Shown one piece after another: positions 58,335 to 64,000 of a stretch of 64,000 bases of DNA. The DNA comes from Rubripirellula sp. GTDB taxonomy: Bacteria > Planctomycetota > Planctomycetia > Pirellulales > Pirellulaceae. The notes beneath the pieces are model-generated. The model was given only the letters and a program-made list of their open reading frames with translations, was not told where the DNA came from and ran no database searches. Where the stretch lies: positions 928,001-992,000 of the forward strand of contig OZ244207.1 in assembly GCA_965216875.1 (NCBI GenBank), in the 5' to 3' direction. The position numbers and the translations under genes were made by a program. Each line of letters starts with the position of its first letter. The stretch's first letter is position 1.

Positions 58335-59231
58335 TCACCCCAAAACCGCGTTCATTTCGTCGGTTGCCGCTGCCACGGCGTCTTGCCAGCGGTCGTCGCC
58401 GAACTTTTCCTTAAACTCGTCGCGGGCGTGGGCGAAAATGATGTGCCGGGAACTATTTACGACTGCCCCCAGGCCATCGGCGTCAAAACCGGCCTTCACG
58501 TCATCGGCCGAACCCCCTTGAGCCCCGAAGCCAGGAATCAGGATCCAGCTTGTCGGCATCGCCGCCCGCATCTCGGAGAGCTGTTCGGGGTAGGTGGCTC
58601 CAACCACCGCACCGACGGGGCCGTATCCCGATTGGCCTTTGCGTGTCGAATTCAGCTCGGCGATCAGGTCGGCGACAGCGGCATAGACTGTTTGCCCTTC
58701 CGTCGTCCGGTCTTGCAGCAGACCACCACCCGGATTCGAGGTTTTTACAAGCACAAAGATGCCGGCATCGCGCGCGTCGCAGACTTCGACAAAGGGTTCC
58801 AGACTATCGCGTCCCAAGTAGGGCGAAACGGTCAGCGAGTCGCTGCCCCACGGGCTCGACGAACCGGCACCGAGGTAGGCGTCCGCATAGGCGGTTGCGG
58901 TACTGCCGATGTCGTTGCGTTTTCCGTCCGTGATGACTAGCAGCCCTTTTCGGTTGGCGTACTTGATCACTTCGCCCAGTGCGACCATGCCGGCCGGCCC
59001 GAGCTGTTCGAAAAAGGCCGCTTGCGGTTTCAAGCACGGGACTTTGTCAGCGACGACGTCAATGATCTCGGTGCAAAACTGGGTGTAGGCTGCCGCCCAC
59101 GCATCGCCCGAATCGTTGGCAACCGAGTCTCGCAGCGGTGCTGGCAGTTGTTTCTTGCGAGGATCGAGGCCGACACAGGTGACCGATCCTGTTTTTTTCA
59201 CGGCAGCAGCAAGTCGATCAGCAAATGACAT
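58335..59231 (-). CDS. pyrF: Orotidine 5'-phosphate decarboxylase
   Basis: CVGLDP, KPQAAFFE, DGKRNDIGST, TVSPYLG, VKTSNPG, GAVVGAT, LIPGFGAQG, NSSR. Likely start ATG 59231 (MSFADRL). Confidence 0.95.
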   Translation of the reverse strand: MSFADRLAAAVKKTGSVTCVGLDPRKKQLPAPLRDSVANDSGDAWAAAYTQFCTEIIDVVADKVPCLKPQAAFFEQLGPAGMVALGEVIKYANRKGLLVITDGKRNDIGSTATAYADAYLGAGSSSPWGSDSLTVSPYLGRDSLEPFVEVCDARDAGIFVLVKTSNPGGGLLQDRTTEGQTVYAAVADLIAELNSTRKGQSGYGPVGAVVGATYPEQLSEMRAAMPTSWILIPGFGAQGGSADDVKAGFDADGLGAVVNSSRHIIFAHARDEFKEKFGDDRWQDAVAAATDEMNAVLG

Positions 59232-59401
59232 CGAGGCAAATCCTTTTCCAGCCCAAGCAGATAGCGGGGCAGCAAAGAGCGAGGCTTCAAAGAGCAAACG
59301 GGGCAACGAACAAGCAACAGTTTGCCCGCAACCGTTTCCATGACAAGCCCTCTGGCAAGGCACGGGGCTTTGGAAAGAGGCCAAGCAATGGACTCGCTGG
59401 T

Positions 59402-62400
59402 CTACGTACCGAAGCGACTGCGGAATTGGGCGAAGTCGAACAGTTCGATCGCTCCGTTGCCGTTGGAGTCGAAGCCTGCGTCAAAGTTAGGGTTGCCACT
59501 GCTTGTTCCGTAGGCGGCGCGAAAGGCTGCAAAGTCGAATAGATTCACGCTGCGATCGCCCGTGATGTCACCAAACTTGCGGAAGAAGGTGTCGGCCGCT
59601 TCGTCTCCGAATCGATAGTCATTCGTCATTGCTGCACCGCCTCCAGCAAGTTGCACCTGCGAGCTGTCGATAACAAGTTCGTACTCGCCGTCGTAAAGCG
59701 AGTTGGGGGCATTGGGGAATTCGTGGACGCCGACACCCGGATTGAATTCAATCACGCTCACCGTTCGACCATCCACGACGCTGGATTGGACGTCGAGACT
59801 TGCGACAGTCTCGCCCGTTCCTCGATTGGTCACCGCGAAGGCGGACGCCGGCGCCGTGACTTCTTGGTCAAAGTGGACGGTCAACCGCGAAACGGTCGAG
59901 CGTTGTCCAAGGCCATCGTTGATCAAGATGCTGTCGACCACCTCGGGATTGCTGATCGAGACGCGGTAGTCTTCGACCTCGCCATCGGCAGCCAACCCGC
60001 TGGGGCCAAGACCACCGCTGCTACTGACCCGAACGCGCGCGATGACGTCGGCGGGGTCGAGGCTTGCCGGAAGGTTGTAGTTCAAAGTTTGTAGGCCAGC
60101 AGTCAGCGCAACCGCGTCGAGGATCTTTTCGTCGGCTTGGAAAACACCGTCGCCATCAAAGTCGATCCATGCATCGGCAAAACCGGTACTCGTCCCTTGC
60201 AAGTCAAGGTTGACTCCGGCCATGGCGCTACCAGCGTTGATTTCTCCAAACAGAACACCGTCTTCGTCAGTTCCGTCTCCGGAGGCATCGGCTGTGGGTT
60301 GCCCATCCGGTTCGGTGTCGCGGCTGTCGCCCAGCCGCGGTCCGCGATCGGCGTGTCGCGCGCCGTCTTCGGAATGCAACGTCGCAAACGTGTTGGGCGC
60401 ATCGCCGTAGTCAAAGCCGATGTCATCGGTGCGAGTGATGGAGAGTCGCGTCCATGCCCAACCCGGTGTCGCGTCGGTATCGTCGCCACTGTCAGCGATC
60501 TCGAGGTTGAGCACGCCATCGATGACTGCGATGTTGCTGCCCGACGCATAGGGGAATGAACCTGCAGCGGCATCGACATCAGCGGCCAGTACAACGCCTT
60601 CGGCGCGCAGGGACATGTTGTCACGCAGCGTAATGCCACCGCCGAGGTTGGTGGTGATGTTGTAGTAGCCGTTGGGGACGTTGAGGTTGAGCGTTCGTGT
60701 TTGGGTGCTGGTCGCGTAGTCGCGGTTGATGTCGTTATTGTTGACTTCGGGGTGGTAACCCGAGTCGACACCGCCGGTCCACCAAACGTCGCCATGAGTC
60801 CGAGGCGTGATTCCGATCCAGCCAGGCTGCACGGGCGATTCGAACGTTCCGATGTCGAAGTTGAACTGCGTTTGCGCTGGGTCAAGGACGGTCGGCAGGT
60901 CACGGGTTCGTATCAACGTGAGTCGAGTCCACGCCCAACCTGGAGTTGCCTCGGCTTCGTCACCGGTGTCACTTATCTCAAGCTGCATCAATCCGTCCTC
61001 GACCAAGAGGTCGGTGCCGGAGGCATAAGGGAACGAGCCTGCCGGAGCGTCGACATCGGAGGCCAATACGACGTCTTGGGCGCGGAGGACCATGTTGTCT
61101 CGAAGGGCGATGCCACCGCCGAGGTTGGTGGTGACGGTGTAATAGCCGTTGGGCACGCGCAGGTTGAGCGTCCGCGTTTGCGTGCTCGTGATGTAGTCGC
61201 GATTGATGTTGTTGTTATTGACTTCGGGGTGGTACGCGGCATCAACATCCCCGCTCCACCAGACGTCGCCTTCAATTTCGTCGTGGATGCGTGTCCAGCC
61301 AGGGTGCACCGGTGATTCGGTCGTGCCCAGATCAAAGTCGAATCGGTTTTGATCTTGATTGAGATACAGTGGCGCTTCGCCTGTTTTCCGGATGATGATT
61401 CGCGTGATGTTCGCCGAGAAACCACGAGTGGCAATGTCGAGATTCAGTTCGCCATCGGTCACCGTCACATCATTGAGCGTGTAGTTGGTGAAGGTCTGCG
61501 GGGAGTGTCCTTGCGTGCGTAGCGTGACTGCTGCTTCCGCAGTCAAGTCCATCGAGTCGGTGTTTTCGGTCGCATCACCAACGGTCAACATGATTTGGTA
61601 GACACCACTGGCAAGCTTGTGCGAAAACGTCGACGGCGAACGCAACCGGATGTGGTCGCGGTTCATGGCGTTGACACCAGAGATCGACCCACGGTCGCGC
61701 GACTCGACATCGTTGGGGCCGCTGGACTCAAAGCCCAAGTCGCCGAACGTTTGGTCGGACAAACGTTGGTAGTCGTCGCTTGGATGGACGAACAGCGGTG
61801 AAGTCGCTGTGCCTACGTCGTAGAAGTAGGCCGATTGGCTCAGGTTGATCGTGGTTGGCGCATTGACCGTGATGTGCACCGCGCCCCATTCCTGCGCGCC
61901 GGCAGTGTCAATGACGTTGTAGTGGAAGAAGTCGTCGCCATTGAATCCGGCAGGCGGTGTGTAGACCAATTCATTGCGCCCGCCAGGGCCCGTTCCAGCC
62001 GAAAGCGAGATCGTGCCACCACGGTAGCTGACCGTGTCGCGCAGGCGGGCATCCAAGACGTCGTTGTTGGCGTCAAAGTCATTGGCGACGACATCAATCG
62101 TGGTTGCTCCGCCGTTGGTCGTCACAATGTCAACGTTGCCAAACGGTTTGATGTTGCCCGGGTTGGCAATGAGGTCGCCGTGTCCCTGTTTGCCTTGCAG
62201 TACGCCGAAGACTTGGTTTGCCTCGCCTGATGACATGCGGCCGATGTTGTGTGTCCCGCTACCGTGCATAATGCTGATGAAGTTCCCGCTGCCGCCCGAA
62301 GCCGCACCGTTGCTTCGCGGCCGGTACTCATAAAACGATGGCGAACGCGTGCTTGGGACGTGACCCAAACTCCACGAGTGCCCGAACTCATGCACGAGCG

Positions 62401-63655
62401 TTCCGTCAGCCCAACTCGATGGACCGTTGCTCGCAGAGAGTGCATAACGCGAGCCGGTGCCGACCGTGTTGACGTAGGCGAGCCCCGAAGGTGCGCCACG
62501 GACGTGGTAAACCGCCAGGTCGTGGGTCGAGCCAACTTCACCAGGGTTCGCATTCCAATAGTTTCGAAACGCGCTAAGCCCACCACTGTGGTTGCCATGT
62601 GAGACGGTGAATGGATCTTCGGCCGAACTCTGCCGAATGATGATCGTTCCAAGCCTGTGTTTGGCACCGGTCGCGTGCAAGTAGCGTCGGTCCATGTTGG
62701 CCGGGATCTTGCCAACTTCAGCCATCACGTTGGCGACACGTTGCTCGGTGGTTGAGCCGGAGTAGTTGTTCAGAAAGGCCGCTGAACCGATTTCTACGCC
62801 AACCTCGAATTCGTAAACACCCATCACGCGCGAGGGAGCAAGCGTTGCCGTGGAGCTTGCCGCGATGTCCGAGGCAGCGGAATCGACGTTGGTCGTTTCG
62901 ATGGGGCCTTCCGAAGCTGCAGTGACTGTCGCGCCCGCGGCCGCGACACAATTCGGGCAACAGCAACCGTTGCCATGACCCGCATGATGGGTTTGTTCCA
63001 GAGCGTGATCCTCCGGGGCGTGATCGGGGATCCCGTCGCCATCATGGTCGTGCGGGACTGCAGCCACCGGGGCAATGAACTCGACGGCGTGCAAACGGTC
63101 TGAGCCGTCGACCGGAGTGATCAACGCGTCACTTCGACCGGGCCGGGTGATGGTGGCAGTCAGTCGGCTGCCATCAAGCCATGCGTAAACTTCATAGCTC
63201 GAGTTCTCGGCAACACCTCCGATGTAGGAACGGTCTTTTCCTTTTGCGAACTCAACCAGTTCGCCCGATCCGTCGTCCAAAAGGAATCGAGTGTTGCCGC
63301 CGTAGACCGAGTGTTTCTCGAGCTCGAGTGTCAACGACTGGCCATCGACGACGACCGTAACCGAGAAGGTGGTCGGTAGGTTGCTCGGGAGATCAAGCGT
63401 TTGTTGCCCCGACGTCGAGTTGCCAAGAAAGCGTGCACTGGACGCGACCTCCGATGCGTTTTCGTCTGCCGAGTTCCATGCCAAGTCATCGGCACTCGCA
63501 TTGACGACCGGGCCACCCAAGAGGTCGGCAGCCAACAACTTGCGCTGCTCCAAACGCTCGAGCCCCAGCATGCGGCGTTTGCGGCTCTCTCGATCGATCC
63601 TTAGTTCCTTTGCGCATCGATAGGAACGTCGAACCTTGGATCGCAACTTTGCCAT
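59402..63655 (-). CDS. Large secreted metzincin (reprolysin/M12-like) metalloprotease with Ig-like, three beta-sandwich repeats, GEVED and dockerin-like domains (1417 aa)
   Basis: RKRRMLGLERLEQRKLLAAD signature; HEFGHSWSLGH plus Met-turn ISIMH; DVVANDFD Ig-like; DYGDAP...GEVEDY; C-terminal GDITGDRSVNLFDF...DSNGNGAIELFDF. Confidence 0.88.
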   Translation of the reverse strand: MAKLRSKVRRSYRCAKELRIDRESRKRRMLGLERLEQRKLLAADLLGGPVVNASADDLAWNSADENASEVASSARFLGNSTSGQQTLDLPSNLPTTFSVTVVVDGQSLTLELEKHSVYGGNTRFLLDDGSGELVEFAKGKDRSYIGGVAENSSYEVYAWLDGSRLTATITRPGRSDALITPVDGSDRLHAVEFIAPVAAVPHDHDGDGIPDHAPEDHALEQTHHAGHGNGCCCPNCVAAAGATVTAASEGPIETTNVDSAASDIAASSTATLAPSRVMGVYEFEVGVEIGSAAFLNNYSGSTTEQRVANVMAEVGKIPANMDRRYLHATGAKHRLGTIIIRQSSAEDPFTVSHGNHSGGLSAFRNYWNANPGEVGSTHDLAVYHVRGAPSGLAYVNTVGTGSRYALSASNGPSSWADGTLVHEFGHSWSLGHVPSTRSPSFYEYRPRSNGAASGGSGNFISIMHGSGTHNIGRMSSGEANQVFGVLQGKQGHGDLIANPGNIKPFGNVDIVTTNGGATTIDVVANDFDANNDVLDARLRDTVSYRGGTISLSAGTGPGGRNELVYTPPAGFNGDDFFHYNVIDTAGAQEWGAVHITVNAPTTINLSQSAYFYDVGTATSPLFVHPSDDYQRLSDQTFGDLGFESSGPNDVESRDRGSISGVNAMNRDHIRLRSPSTFSHKLASGVYQIMLTVGDATENTDSMDLTAEAAVTLRTQGHSPQTFTNYTLNDVTVTDGELNLDIATRGFSANITRIIIRKTGEAPLYLNQDQNRFDFDLGTTESPVHPGWTRIHDEIEGDVWWSGDVDAAYHPEVNNNNINRDYITSTQTRTLNLRVPNGYYTVTTNLGGGIALRDNMVLRAQDVVLASDVDAPAGSFPYASGTDLLVEDGLMQLEISDTGDEAEATPGWAWTRLTLIRTRDLPTVLDPAQTQFNFDIGTFESPVQPGWIGITPRTHGDVWWTGGVDSGYHPEVNNNDINRDYATSTQTRTLNLNVPNGYYNITTNLGGGITLRDNMSLRAEGVVLAADVDAAAGSFPYASGSNIAVIDGVLNLEIADSGDDTDATPGWAWTRLSITRTDDIGFDYGDAPNTFATLHSEDGARHADRGPRLGDSRDTEPDGQPTADASGDGTDEDGVLFGEINAGSAMAGVNLDLQGTSTGFADAWIDFDGDGVFQADEKILDAVALTAGLQTLNYNLPASLDPADVIARVRVSSSGGLGPSGLAADGEVEDYRVSISNPEVVDSILINDGLGQRSTVSRLTVHFDQEVTAPASAFAVTNRGTGETVASLDVQSSVVDGRTVSVIEFNPGVGVHEFPNAPNSLYDGEYELVIDSSQVQLAGGGAAMTNDYRFGDEAADTFFRKFGDITGDRSVNLFDFAAFRAAYGTSSGNPNFDAGFDSNGNGAIELFDFAQFRSRFGT

Positions 63656-63855
63656 CGTGAAAACACCGGAATGATAAGAAGAGTAATCGCACTCTTGCCG
63701 AGGCGGGGTGTGTAGGGGCCATCAATCCCCTCCGCTAGCAGCAAGGTATCGGCGCGCACATACATCGTTTCAATACTGCCGAAGGGACGAGATTCGGACA
63801 AGAGAATTGTGCGAAAGTAGCGATTTCCGAGGAAACTTGGCGTCTGTCGCCGTTT

Positions 63856-63954
63856 GTAGTCCCGCCTTCAGGCGGAATGCGTGAAGATTCCGGCGAAAGC
63901 TCGGTACTACAAACTGCATTTTCCGCGCCCGTAGCTACCTTCGCCAGAAGGTGG
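63856..63954. repeat. GTAG REP cluster
   Basis: GTAGTCCCGCCTTCAGGCGGAA...TCCGGCGAAAGCTCGGTACTAC, then GTAGCTACCTTCGCCAGAAGGTGG. Confidence 0.85.
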
Positions 63955-64000
63955 TCCGCGTTGGTTGGGCTGTCCTAAGAGCCTGCACAAAGTGGCGAGC

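Overview
GC-rich bacterial chromosome window, almost certainly from a planctomycete (Pirellulaceae-like). The evidence is DUF1549/DUF1553, DUF1501 and DUF1559 genes, two LExRxLL-type N-terminal export signatures and a shortened PheT. The first 9.8 kb is one giant minus-strand ORF that the ORF track misses because it runs off the left edge without a stop. It encodes >3,260 aa: a DUF4347-type domain followed by many Ig-like DUF11/pilin-D2-type repeats with inserted domains. Housekeeping genes are a UvrD/Rep helicase, ispD-tyrS, lysA, class II RNR nrdJ (sigma70 promoter plus tandem NrdR boxes), pheST, rplT, rpmI and pyrF. The window also holds two two-component loci, a DUF1549/1553-PPC-DUF1501 module, a secreted metalloprotease and two apparent pseudo-enzymes. 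Many intergenic gaps carry palindromic REP-like repeats of several families, including tandem arrays with 162-bp and 224-226-bp units. The best candidate for an undescribed system is a coupled pair of a PNKP-like polynucleotide kinase and a Thg1-like 3'-5' polymerase (putative RNA 5'-end repair), bracketed by 31-bp direct repeats. No rRNA, tRNA, CRISPR array, transposase or integrase was seen. Family assignments come from motif recognition only; no database search was run.
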